The notes under the pieces were generated by a model. It searched no databases. It saw only the letters and a program-made list of their open reading frames with translations, and was not told the origin of the DNA. Of a DNA stretch of 64,000 nucleotides, positions 51,527-64,000 are shown piece after piece. This DNA is from Marsupella aquatica (taxonomy: Eukaryota; Plantae; Marchantiophyta). The stretch lies in assembly GCA_973895155.1 (NCBI GenBank), contig OZ316891.1, positions 1,913,324 to 1,977,323 on the forward strand. The letters run 5' to 3'. The translations under genes were made by a program, and so were the position numbers. Positions within the stretch are counted from its first letter, which is position 1, and every line of letters starts with the position of its first letter.

Positions 51527-53049
51527 TCTTGTGGCCATCTCATATACGAAAGTACGTTCAGGTCAAGGTTCCAGCCTCTAATATGGTCCTACCCAATCTT
51601 TAGTCACCAGTTCCTCCTTGTCTTCCAGACTTCAATTCCTGTGCCTTGAGGTGCACTGTCATCTTGTATTATTTAGTAAACATAGCAGCACTCATCAAGT
51701 TTTCAATCTGACTGTTGGAAACTCTTCAGAAATTCGGGCACTATGTGGTTATGTGATGAGAATGTAGGTCCCCAGTAGCATTGTGTTGTTTGAATTCATT
51801 TGTAATATTCTGGCATCCTGTTGGCAGATTTGTGCATTCACATATTTACTGGCACGCTAATGTTGTTGAGATTTTTATCGGGAAACGTTGCCTGAGAGCA
51901 CCCGGGAGAGCACCAGTGTACCATCTATTTAGAGATTCTGTAGTAAGAGAAGTGGTGCGATGGTAGGTGTTTCTTGATGACTATATATGCAATGAGCAAA
52001 TTGGATCCAAGAACATAGAAAATTCTAACCACAAGCTTACAGAGAATTTGTGATACTGTACCTGAACAGCGATTATTGTGGATCAACAATATAAAGTCTC
52101 AAAGGCTGGCCAGGGAATTGACAATTTTTTCAGAGCGAGACAATTGACAATACAATGATATTTAGTGACGTTTAGCAAGTTGTTGGACCACTTCATGTAC
52201 GAGTCTATTGCCCCCCTAAGAGACCCACATACTTCCACACTTTCTCCAGCTCTTCTATATGTCTGTAACGACACATAATGTAGCGCACAGGCGGCATTGA
52301 AGTACATAGCCCACGTACATCCCGTCCTCCCTACACACCCCACACAACAATTTTGACCTCCCCCAATTTACAGGAAGTTGAAGCTTAGATGGACCTTGCC
52401 CTTGCACCAAACATTCAATTTGGACGGACCTCCTCAGGGCGACAGAAAAAATAAGTTGCCTGGACTGGCTGCCTAACCTGAGTAGATGATGGCTTGAAAC
52501 ACTTCTTAGTTACGGTTGGCACTCAGAACATGATGGGAATCAAACAAAATTGGTTTGTTGGAAACCTCATTCAATGCCCTTTTTAACGAGCTGGAGCGCG
52601 CTGGACATAGAGACATTAAAAGGTTGTGCAGAAACACTACTGGAAAGATAATCATCCATAGTCACCAGGTAGATTTTAATTTACATGTTATTTATTAAAT
52701 CTTTAATGGTGCAAATGTTTGATCTTTTAGCCACTGACCATTTTCAGAAGCGTCATTTGGCATTGTTTGGTGTAAGGGTTTAGCCCATGAAAAGCCTCAT
52801 GTGTTGAGTCCTCCCAAATTACTCTCAATTTAGTTCCATCTAAGTGGGTTCTTACATCAAACAGGAAGACTTTGGGTACTAGGTTCACCTATAATTAGTG
52901 ATACCTTTTGCTTGTCTTTTAAAGTGGAACCTCTACAAGCGAGTTTAGTGTTAGCTCCTTTGCTACCTAAATTGGCTGAGACTCAAGGGATATTACCTTT
53001 GATACCTAAAGTAGCTAATACTTTGTTTTGCCTAAGGCCAAGGGTTCCT

Positions 53050-53140
53050 GTGGACATAGCCTCTAAAGACGTGTACCAAACCGCGGATTCCTTGTGGACA
53101 TAGCCTCTAAAGACGTGTACCAAACCGCGGATTCCTTGTG
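53050..53140. repeat. Perfect tandem duplication (44 bp x2)
   Basis: GTGGACATAGCCTCTAAAGACGTGTACCAAACCGCGGATTCCTT occurs twice. Confidence 0.9.
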
Positions 53141-54204
53141 TCCAGTAGTACTTCTGTGTTTGTTGGATCCAGAGAAAAATTTCAGGCAGTGTTTAACCTT
53201 TATTAGAGTGTTTGATTTCAGAGGACAGTGTGAAAAGGCCATGCATGTACAGACAAGTTAGGTAGTTTTTACCCTTACCGCTAGAGTTTTATGTCAGATG
53301 AGTGTTGAGTTGGAATGGTCAGATTTTCAACCGTAGCTGCATGGGTTAAAGGTCATCTAAAGAGAAAATTCCTATTATAGTACTTGGTGTCTAATTGGAA
53401 GGAATTCGGATAGACACACAAACTTTGCAGACTACAATACCCAGGAACCCTACAATGTCATGATATTGATGTGTAAGTCAGAGGTTCGACAGTTACATAG
53501 TAAGCATGGTAATCAAAGGGACCTAGCTCCTTTAGTTGGAATATTGAGAATGTAGGCTACTGCATGCTTAGATAGAGTACTATGGAAATCCACTCAGAAC
53601 TGTTCAATGCATGTGTACATGTCCTATGTGAAACAAAGGTGTAATGTGCTAAGTGGTAAATTATTTTCAACATTATTTGTGTCCGTCAGGGTTTACGGTG
53701 TCCCTCCAGGTAGCATGTCAAACTTTTGAGTCCATCGCAAATTTCTTCAGATAGTGTTTAACCTTAGAGGAGAGTATCTTTAATTTTTAGGGTTCAGGGT
53801 TTTCTTTAGCGTTGGTCTACGTAAGGTAAGGTAGCAAGTCACTTTGATGGCATGGATGTATGTTACATGTAGGTCTGTGTAAGGTAAGGTAGCAAGTCAC
53901 TCTGGTAGTATGCCTGGAGGTATGTTACATGTAATTGCACTTGAATCTCGAACTAATAAAGGGCAATCAAAATTTATTGGACAGGTTTACTTTCTAGAGT
54001 GAAGGTAACCTGTAGACCTTGACTCTAAGTGAAAGCATAACTGAAAGTGAGGGTTTAGACAAAAAGTGAGGGTGCAACCCAAAAAAAAAGGATGGGGCCA
54101 AAGATGAAAAAGAAATAGGCCAGAATCCTTCATTGTGCAAGGTTTTATATATATATATATATTTGTTTATTGTAAGAAATGGGTAACTCTGGCTAGTATA
54201 ATGA

Positions 54205-54300
54205 ACACAGTTTGATCTTCCCTAGTTTCAAGGTCATGTACACAGTTTGATCCTCCTAGTTTCAAGGTCATGTACACAGTTTGATCCTCCTAGTTTCAAG
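54205..54300. repeat. Tandem repeat (about 34 bp x3)
   Basis: ACACAGTTTGATCCTCCTAGTTTCAAGGTCATGT units. Confidence 0.9.
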
Positions 54301-55912
54301 ATCCTGACGAGGGCCAGATTAAGCCACCAGGTTCCACAAAGGGAACTAAGTAACCAAGATATCAATGACTAACTTGTCCCAATCTCACATCCTTTGTACC
54401 TATAGCCAACGCAAATTAATCTTGGGTAAGAATTGGGCTACACGTTTTGACTACGAAAGAGGCTAGTTGAGCTGTAGTATTAGCATGGTTGGCCAGATTT
54501 TGAACCTTGAACAGTACTGGCTATGGTTTGGTCGTGAATATCTAGAGCGAGCAGCAGTGAGCTGTGTCGCCAGTCTGCCCATCTAGCTCGCCAAACGGAT
54601 GGGTGCCTGGCCAGGCTGACTGATTGCCCAATTCCGTCCATCAAGACTATGGCTGCCAAATTACTCCGTACATCATCGATCACCTCACGATAGTTAAGCT
54701 TCAATTGTCTACGGAGCAACGACCTTCAACGAAATCCAGCATTATTACACATTACTGTGAGCTGGATCGCTTCACTCCCCGCCGTTTCAATTCAGAAGCC
54801 AGAGATCCCCATCAAAACCCACAGCGACACGACCATCAACGAATTCAGTCGATCGAAGAGCCTCTCTCGACGAAACGAACGCAAAACAATGCAGACTTCG
54901 TGATCTCGATCTCTCATCCATCATGTTCTAGATACTGAACTGAACTGAACTCCACCAAGAAGGGCCCTAACTAATAAACAGGACAAGAGCGACTGTCATG
55001 AACATGTCATGAACATTCAGACAGACGAAGAAGCCCAACGAGTCAGTAAATTAAACGCAGCCTTCATGACCTCTCTCATTTTCATCTTCGAGCGAGATCC
55101 ACCAAGAAGGGTCTTCCGCGGCGCAGCTAAACACATAAAGCAGCAGCTGGCTCGCTAGCTGGCTGGCTGGCTGGCACACAGGAACTACCTTCCCCTTCTC
55201 GTAACGACAATCTGGTCAAATCTAGTCAGATCCAACTCTCCTTGAATGAGTATGAGTAATGAATGACATGTCAAATTGTACAGCGTCAGATGCCAGGCAT
55301 CCTGTAATCGCGAAGCTCAGTAGCTGTCTGAATCTGGGTATTTTACGTACAGGACGCAAAGCAAGTTCGGTGCATCTTGCCACTTCCCTACCTTTTCTAC
55401 TACGTATTGAAGCATAGTTATACAAGAAGGATGAATTTCGTTTATTGCGTCAAATGGAAAATTGATTGGCGAATATTGTTCTAAGCTTGATTTTTCGTTA
55501 TTAAAAAATTGGGATTTTACTGTATACAGTGTGGGCGCTACGCCTCGATCTTTTGTGAGCGTACGCTCTCGGGGCCTGTGAAGCAGATCTATATAAGGGC
55601 TTGTCTCTTGGATTCGCCCAACATTTTGTATTGAAGTCGATCTCCGCATTAGGCTCGAACCTGTTTGATTCGATACTTAGACAATTGAGATATCTACACC
55701 GCAGCTAGCTTCGAGATCCTTAGCTACATTGTGAGATTCGGCGTCGTATTCGTCATTGCGGGGCAATTTCGAATGTTGAGAACCGACAACATGTGCAACT
55801 GTGAATGATTAGAATTGAGAACGTGGAAGCCGCTAGTTAGTGCAATTCTCCATTGAAAGCAACCGGCGAGCGAGCTAGAGGCGAGTCGAGCTTTTTCGTC
55901 GGAATCGAAACA

Positions 55913-56287
55913 ATGGCGTCGTGGAATGAATTCTTTAGGATGAACAACTACAACTACAACCACCGGGCTCCCGAGTGGATGACTTCAGGGTCGGGATCGG
56001 TGGCGTCGCAGGTGATCCGGTACCCAGCGCAGCCTTATGATGACTACTTCTACGGCGCTGCTTCGGTTGAATATCCCCGTGTGATTACAATGGAGCTGAA
56101 TGTTCCCATCTGCTGTGAGGGATGCGAGGAGCGGGTCCTGTCGCGTCTCATTGACATAGACGGAGTGCAGTCCGTGAAGTGCGACCAACTCAAACAGAAG
56201 GTCACCGTCTCGGGCACTGCTGCGCCAGCGGAGATCCTGGCAGCTTGTAAGAAGCTCTTCAAGCGCTCGAAGTGGTGGTCTTCTTGA
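55913..56287 (+). CDS. Heavy-metal-associated (HMA) domain protein, HPP type (no CaaX), 124 aa
   Basis: MELNVPICCEGCEERV...GVQSVKCDQLKQKVTVSG. TATA-like CTATATAAG at about 55589. Confidence 0.88.
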   Translation: MASWNEFFRMNNYNYNHRAPEWMTSGSGSVASQVIRYPAQPYDDYFYGAASVEYPRVITMELNVPICCEGCEERVLSRLIDIDGVQSVKCDQLKQKVTVSGTAAPAEILAACKKLFKRSKWWSS

Positions 56288-57944
56288 GTCGATCCACGTA
56301 CAATCATGCACTTTTGACCGATGACCAATCGAATTTCCAGGGAAAAGGTCGACAAATCTAGTACTGTCTAGCCATGAAGTTACTCAAGACGCCTGCGATG
56401 ATGATGCAGTTATTATAGTTACGCAACGGTGTACTGACGAGACGGCCTTGATGCATTTGGAATACCGTTCGACTTCTGTTCCCTCGACGTCTACATGATT
56501 GGACATCCGCCACCTGAAGTCGGTCGCGAGGTTGGCAGCCCAGACTGCTGACAATTCAACGCTGCCTTCAATAGAATCGCAAGAAGCCACTGACTTGCGT
56601 CATGCAACCGAACGATAGAAACCAATTGGATTTTATGTGCATTCCACTGATGGAATGCTTTTGTCAGGCCGAGAGAATTTACATCTCTAGCTGGCTTTGT
56701 CTAACTTGACTTTGTCGAGTATCGAGCGACTTCAAATCGGACTTCAAATTTGACATGAAGCATCGATCCGTCAGACCGCAGTACGTGAGTCCGAAGTGAG
56801 CTACTAAAATCGAATCTGCATTCTGCCTCTTTGCGTTTGCACTGACTCAAGGCTCAGAGTTTCAATTCTCGAAATGAAGGGACTCGATAGTGTTTCTGAT
56901 GGCTCAAGGCTTCTGATCGACGGGATTTCCAAATTTCTAGACAGGATAGTCAATTGTCTGACTAGACGATTCACGGCTTTCAGATAGCCGTTATATTGAG
57001 AGGTAGAGTATACGATTCAAGGCTTAGCATTGATTCCGAGATAATTCCGAGTGTTACACGAAAGAATTGTTTCGGAGGCATCAATAATGCTCAGCCTCCC
57101 GATTTCCCGACTCCCGAATTCCTTGAGCGACACTACTCTAGGGTTTAGATTTCTTAGTTATTCAATTATTTTTAAGGGATTCTGGCATGAGGCACACTAG
57201 CTAGTGTTGAGGCTTATTTAGTTTCCAAGAATTGTTTCGACAAAGCTGCCGACAAATCTATTCATTTGTTGTAGATCAGGATAGGAAATCGTCCCACGAT
57301 TATTTGTAAACAGAATGACCAAAAGAACGGGACATCTGCTGATTTTCCTTATTTTCCATCATTCGATCAGCAGTTTCTTGGTTTACGTAACAAGTAAATC
57401 TGTGCCTCGGCAAAACTGTCTTTAATTTCGCTATGACAAATTTGTAATGCTCATTCCAGCCAGAAAACTGAAATAGCTCCACTTCGTCAGTTTTCTATAC
57501 TACATACAGGAATGAATGCCCAGTCGCTACTAGTTTCGTCTCAGTGTCTGAAATTTGAGACAGGGGTCCGGACCCAAGATCTTCAATCCCGTCTTCAATT
57601 TCTTGATTACATGTTAGGCTAGCTACTATAGGTGCCTTTCAACCATGCAGATTCTACCACTCGTATGCAGATTCTTTTTCCTTTCGAGATTTCTTGTCTA
57701 CGTAGCATCCGATGTAATCCGAAGTGATCGCTCTAATCAAGACCACATATGAGGGAAATATTGGGAAGACTGATATAGGGAGGTTGAATATCATAATTCA
57801 ATTTCGAGCTCAAGAATCAGAATACTCTATGGTGAAAGAACGTTCAAAGAAAGCAGGCTGGGGCGTCACTTCCAAAACTTCCTACATGAAGCGAAAACGG
57901 GTCAATCATTGTAAAACAGCAAAACTCATGGCCCCTATTTCCCA

Positions 57945-58320
57945 TATCCAATTGCCTCGCTAACAACAACCTGGTTAGTAACCCCTTATTTTTCAATAAT
58001 TATACAATTTCCTCGCTTACAAACACCTGGTTAGTAACCCTTACTTTTCAATACAATTGCCTCGCTAACAACAACCTGGTTAGTAACCCTTATTTTTCAA
58101 TATACAATTGCCTCGCTAACAACAACCTGGTACTAGCCTCCATTTTGGGGGACTCCTCGTTTGGTTAGCGAACTACTATAGCTAGCCATCTGGAGTCCTA
58201 AAAAAATTGAAAAATTGCCTCGCTAACAACAACCTGGTCCTAGCCTCCATTTTGGGGGACTACTCGTTTGGTTAGAGAACTACTGTAGCTAGCCATCTGG
58301 AGTCCTAAAAAAAATCAAAA
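57945..58320. repeat. Complex tandem repeat (AATTGCCTCGCTAACAACAACCTGG core, 5 copies)
   Basis: Three units of about 52 bp followed by two units of about 108 bp with the same core. Confidence 0.85.
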
Positions 58321-59339
58321 ACTATAAAATTCAGCAAAAAGCAAAAGAAACTTAACACCACTAGTGACTCACTAATAATTTTCTCATCTTTATAAATATT
58401 CCTTTTTGCTGGCGTTATACAATACCTCAGTGAAACAAAAACAAACTAAGGGGTGTTTTATTCATTTTGGGGTAATAGTTAGAAGTCTAACTACCCTTTA
58501 ACCTGGCCTTTAACCCAAGTTCTTTTTCTTTAATGTACTAGCTTGGGTGCCCCTGCTTTGATGATGAAAAGAAGTGAGTACATTCAAGCATGCTGCACCA
58601 TTCATTTTTGGAGACTTTAGTTACATGACTTACCTGTCCCCACCCCAATCCCTGCTTTTTGCTGACACCCCCAACTTTAATTACACCCCCCAATTCACTA
58701 TCTAGAGGCTTCACTCTAGACCATAGGCCCTTAAAAGTAGTGAGATAGTGATTATATAGCTACAGTAGATAACTCTAACATACTAGCCCAAGTGTCAGTT
58801 CTTTAACATAAATAGCTCAGGTGAGGACATTCACGCCTGCTACCCCAATCATCTCTAGAGACTATCCGGAACCCCATTTTCCACCCTCATCCTCAACTTC
58901 AATTAGACCCCATAGTCAGCCCAAAGTCACATAGTCTAGAGACTACATGATTAGATGCCTCTTTGGAAGTTTCATTTCATGACATAATAAATGTGATACA
59001 TAATATAGGTTACCTGTGTGTAGCCATCTCCTTGTTGTTTTCATAATCTATTGCCCAGAAACTTGTGATAGGTAACTTTGTTCTATCCCGCTTTAACATA
59101 ATATAAAGACGGTTTGGGCTGGGGTTCTAGTCTGTTCCCAGAGTGCTCAGAAAGCTTCCACTCTATCTCCTGTGAGCTTTTGTTAACTTTCTGGTCATAG
59201 AGTTATATCCTAGTAACCCCCTAGAGCCTAGTAAGCCCATGACTTCATGCCTACCTCCGTTAGCATTTCTTCACCTTCTGTTCAGAGGGTTACATCCTAG
59301 TAATTCCCTGGTAAGCCCATGCTCTCCTTATCCTATAAT

Positions 59340-60135
59340 TAGCAAAGCTTACTGCAGTGACTAAGGTAAACCATGGTAGCTTCTATCTTTATTTTATAAG
59401 TAGTAATTAAAGCTTACTGCACTGACTAAGATGAACCATTGTAGCTTATGTCTTTACCCTTTAAACCACCACTAGCCATGACAAAAACAACCTGGTTACA
59501 CCACAAAATGGAACGGGAGAGGAGAAGAATGAGAGAAAAGTGAGAGAAAGAGAGAATTATTGGACACCTTACCCATTCTTTTATATGGCTAGTGGTGGTT
59601 TAAGTAGTTTACTGCACTGACTAAGGTGAACCATGGTAGCTTCTGTCTTTATCCTATAAGTAGTAAAGCTTACTGCAGTGACTGAGGTGAACCATGGTAG
59701 CTTCTGTCTTTATCCTATAAGTAGTAAAACTTACTGCAGTGAATAAGGTGAACTATGGTAGCTAACGTCTTTATCCTATAAGTAGTAAAGATTACTGCAG
59801 TGACTAAGGTGAACCATGGTGGCTACTGTCTTTATCCTATGAGTAGTAAAGCTTACTGCAGTGACTGAGGTGAACCATGGTAGCTTCTGTCTTTATCCTA
59901 TAACTAGTAAAGCTTACTGCAGTGACTGAGGTGAACCATGGTAGCATCTGTCTTTCTCCTATAAGTAGTAAAGATTACTGCAGTGACCAAGGTGAACCAT
60001 GGTAGCTTCTGTCTTTCTCCTTTAAGTAGTAAAGCTTACTGCAGTGACTAAGGTGAACCATGGTAGCTTCTGTCTTTCTCCTCTAAGTAGTAAAGCTTAC
60101 TGCAGTGACTAAGGTGAACCATGGTAGCTACTGTC
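59340..60135. repeat. 61-bp tandem array (about 9 well-conserved plus 2 diverged copies)
   Basis: Unit AAGTAGTAAAGCTTACTGCAGTGACTRAGGTGAACCATGGTAGCTTCTGTCTTTATCCTAT; it shifts by 1 nt per 60-nt line. Confidence 0.95.
59461..59603. mobile_element. Non-autonomous TIR mini-element (MITE) inserted in the 61-bp array
   Basis: TTAA-ACCACCACTAGCCAT ... ATGGCTAGTGGTGGT-TTAA. An uninterrupted array unit has a single TTAA at the equivalent position (CCTTTAAGTAGT, about 60019). Confidence 0.75.
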
Positions 60136-61065
60136 GTGTGACGTAGGCGAAGTTCGTTGGGCGGGTATGGTATTGCGTGCTGGCTCTCTCTGTTCCATGG
60201 GCGACGAGTGTCCTGAGCGCCAATCGAGCCTCGATGGATTTCGCAAGAGATTTGTGCAGCACGGCTTTGTGACATCCGCAGATGACTGTGATGAGTTTTT
60301 CCTATCGACCAATTCCCGAGACTGTCACCACCTTCTTTCCATTCTTAAATGTTGTTGTGGGTCTTACTTTTCTCCAGTTCCTCATAGCCTGCTCCCACTC
60401 TGTCGCTTGTCGATGTCGCGTTTTGGTCTCGAAGATTTCGTTACCGCCTTTCCGTTCCTAATGCGTTCTGATCTGCAGTCCCTGATAGTTTCCGCTTTGC
60501 GGTAGCTCTTGTGGATCTGGACCAGTTGTGCTGATGCCGGAGGTGCCGACCGCGTGGTGCTCTGTACCGTTACTGGTTCTTGACAATGTGGTGAGTGCGC
60601 ACCGGTTGCTTGCTTGCTTGCTTGTCCGGGAGTAATTGCTGCCTCCAATCGAGAGTGGCTTGATAGAATTGCGCTGAAGTTTGAATTCCCAGGGCTCTTA
60701 ATTTGACGCTGTGGCGTTTTGTTTGTGAACCGAAATCTGCTCTCGTCTGCTCTCATTGATGAATGGCCTTGGGAGAGGGTTTGCGATCAGCTTACGAGAG
60801 GCCCTTTCAAATGAGTTTGGAAGATTGCGGTTGGGCCCTTTGACCCACAGTAGGAGCTCCTGATTGCGGGAAATCCGAGCTTCACTTTGTGATGAGGAGG
60901 GAAGTTTAGGGCGGGTTGTGTGGGAACAATGCATTTGATGTACGGGAAGGTGACCTGATTTCCGACCTGATGTGGTTTTTATCTTTACCAGGCCGGCGTC
61001 AATTTAAAGTTTGAAAGTGTCCACCGGGCGATCCCATTTTAGGGTTGGCAGCCGAGCAATTGAGA

Positions 61066-63630
61066 ATGGAGTCTGATTATCCGTTGGTAGAAATCAGCAC
61101 AATCGGACAGACGGAGGAAGATGTTAATAAGTCAGGAACAGTTTCTTCTGCTACTACGTTGGAGAGGGTAACAGAGCGGCGGGCGATGCTGAAGGCTATG
61201 GGACCCAGGCCAGGCCTGGAGGCGGTGGAGCAGGCCAGGCATGCCATTGAGAAAATCAATGCTCAACTTGAGGACCGGTTGGAAAGCACCTATCATGCGA
61301 CTGCGCCCATCGGTGTGAATGTTGCCGAATGGAGGGAAGCACAGGTGAATTATTTGTAAATACTTTCAATTTAAAACTGATTACCAAACGGAGGGAACCC
61401 AAATTGTGGCATGTAGAATGCTTTAATTTTTAAGACAGCAATTTTGATGTCAGTTGGCTCTTGATGAATTTGACTCAACCATGCAAGAGGGTCAACATAG
61501 ATTTAGAATCCATCAGATGATCATCCATTAACTGACCCAATGAATTGAGCATACTTAGCACAATTTGGCTTGTGCATAGTAAATTAAGAAGCAGTAAAAT
61601 GTCTAAGATTTTCCTCTCAATTGCGACACCTGGTGAGCCTTACTCCCATTTACTGAAGTATCGGGTACCGAATTCGGAATTTGTCTTTGATAACGCTTAT
61701 TGATGCGTAGCATTGTCGGTGTTCGGTATTGCAAAGCTGTATTCTTGTCCGCGCTCTTGTGATCCAGAGCTCCCCCATTCTCCCTGGGATGTCGTTGATG
61801 TTGAGAGCTGGAAATTTTTTCGTGCAAGAGGTTGAATTGCGAGAATCAGCAGAGAAGGAGAAGTCACCTTACGAAGTTATCATTGAATTGGACGAGGCGC
61901 ATCAGTTGTACGAAGATGAACTGGAGCAAGAAGAGCTAGCCTTGGACGGAAGGGTCAAATACGAGCCAGCAGCTGACGCTGACGATGGGAGCGACACCTA
62001 CGCCGCTGGTCTCATGCACGATGCTTTTGAGAACAAGCGAGACGGACTGGATTTGAGCCGGCGCAGCATGGTGCATGTTCCTGAGTTTTTTGGGCGAATT
62101 GTGTCTCTCGTCAGGCTAAATCTTTCCAGCAACCAGCTCCAGGTCCGTTTGCATTGTTTTCGTGGGATATTTGGAACTCGCCGGATCATTTTCTGCATTT
62201 TGCCGACATTTTTTCTCCTAGAGAGCACTGTTGACATCTGTTGTACAATTAAAACTCGGTTGCCCCAACTATCTTCAAGCGTGGGGAGTGTGAAAGCCAT
62301 GGGACTAGGTTGCACACCTGTGTCGTGCTAAAAACCTCTACCTTCGTTAGGCTCTCCTTCTTCTCTGGCTTAGATCTTGCCTAGACCACCACTGGATGCA
62401 AGGCCACTTTCTGTAAGCATAATCTGGACATTAGCAAATTTGGACATTGAGAGCTGTCAATTCGTTGGATTGGGTCTCGGTTCTCCATTGTAATCTTGTG
62501 ACAGGGCTTTCATCACTGATTGAAACTCTCCTACTTTGGTTCTCGTGTGGGCAGGTCCTACCGGACTCTATTGCCGGCCTTGTGAACCTCGTGGAGCTGA
62601 ATCTTCATTCAAATAACTTGAAGGCTTTGCCGGACTCAATCGGGCTGCTGACAAAGTTGAAATATTTGGATATATCCAGCAATGTGATGAAACGTCTACC
62701 TGACAGTCTTGGACGGTGCAGGTAAACCGGGCAGTCCCCATATTTTCGTAAGCGACTGTTTATTCGTCCTTCAAATTATAGTTTAAACCTGTTAGTAGCC
62801 TCGAGTCAAGCTAGAAACTGCCAACTAATCAGCTGCCGTTGGTCACGTTTCCGAACTACTTCAAAGGCAATTCTTTTGGTTGTACCGTGGAATATTTTGA
62901 TGATGGATTTGTCTGATATCGTGTGGTTTGATGTTTTCACAGCTCATTGATGGAGTTCGATGCTAACTTCAATCAAATCGACTTCATATCCACCGATTTT
63001 GGGTTGCTCTTAGTAAACTTACAGAAGTTGGATCTTCATCTGAACAAGTTGAGCTCTGTGCCGTCCTCATTCTGTGAACTCTGGTCCCTCAAATATCTTG
63101 ATCTGCATATGAATAAGCTGAGGGGCCTTCCTTCAGCCATTGGCAACCTATCTCGGCTAGAGTACTTGGACGTGAGCAGCAACTTCAACGACTTGGTTGC
63201 CCTGCCAGAATCCATCGGCGACCTCGTTTCTCTCGAACATTGCAATTTGAGCTTCAACCAGATTAGGGAGCTGCCGGACTCCATGGGAAGGCTCGAGAAG
63301 CTTAAGAAGTTGAATTTGGATGGCAACCCCATGGTTGTTCCACCAATGGAGGTGGCGGAGAAGAGTCTCGAGGCTGTGATGGAATACATGCGGGAAAGGT
63401 GGAGAAGAAGCATCGAAGTTGACGATCAGGTATCTGACGGTGGCAATGCTGCCCCCCCGGCAGGTGCCTACGACTACAATGCATGGCTTCCTACCTGGGC
63501 TGCAGCATCGGTCAGCTCATGGTTTGATGGTTGGTGGGGCAACACTGAAGCTGCGCCTGATGGAAGACCCGGGAACCGTGTTGAATCTCAGCCCGGTCGG
63601 AGGAATGACTTCTTAGAGCAACAATTGTAG
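61066..63630 (+). CDS. PIRL: Plant intracellular Ras-group-related LRR protein (PIRL), 4 coding exons
   Basis: N-terminal LGPRP-like motif ([14 protein letters not shown]); REsAEKEK..Y; LRRs [11 protein letters not shown]; GNP motif [13 protein letters not shown]. Exons at about 61066-61344, 61830-62142, 62555-62721 and 62943-63630. Confidence 0.92.
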
Positions 63631-64000
63631 GTCTCACTTGAAGTGTAGACATAGTGTGAAGAGATGTTGTGATAGATTTTTTACATATTTAGATCAAGGG
63701 AATGAGGCAGTTCGGGCTACCAACGTAAATCATGTTCTCACTATCCTATATTGTGCAAGTCTTCCTTGAAGCAGGTGCCTAGCTCCTTGGACGGGTTCTC
63801 GATGTGTATTTTGTTGGAGATTTTCTTTCCTCTGCGTCCGTGGAGGCTCTGCATCTACGGTTTGAAGCTTTTACGTGTACAGTTAAGAAATGATGATCTC
63901 TGTCCCCAGAAAGGATCAAATCATATGAATTTACAGATGCAAAGTTTCGTAAAGAATACGCGTTGATGGGTGACTGTTGTGATGCTCAGAAACCTTCTTG

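Noticed and set aside
57945-58320. Repeat-spacer (CRISPR-like) pattern
   Set aside because: The intervening sequences are themselves duplicated copies rather than unique spacers
59600-60135. CRISPR-like array
   Set aside because: Units are contiguous with no unique spacers; the context is eukaryotic with no cas genes

Overview
Eukaryotic land-plant genomic DNA with GT-AG introns. It is probably from a liverwort or other bryophyte; this is inferred mainly from an alpha/beta-hydrolase-type NLR relic. Bases 1-9335 are one end of a decayed CACTA (En/Spm) transposon. It holds a Tnp2 transposase (- strand), a divergently oriented accessory ORF, TCGCAA-rich subterminal repeats and a CACTA terminus. 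Most notably, it also carries a SET-domain (lysine methyltransferase-like) exon nested in the first transposase intron, which appears to share the transposase's Cys/His-rich first exon through alternative splicing. Host genes: an intronless ARIADNE RBR E3 ligase, a small His/Pro-rich protein, a hydrolase-NB-ARC-LRR pseudogene, RLP24, ORM, a SPARK-like receptor kinase, an HMA protein and a PIRL LRR gene. Between them lie LINE, Copia-LTR and Crypton/DUF3504-like remnants, a perfect 21-bp hairpin, and a 61-bp tandem array with a nested TIR mini-element next to the PIRL 5' end. All domain calls come from motif recognition by eye, not from database searches.
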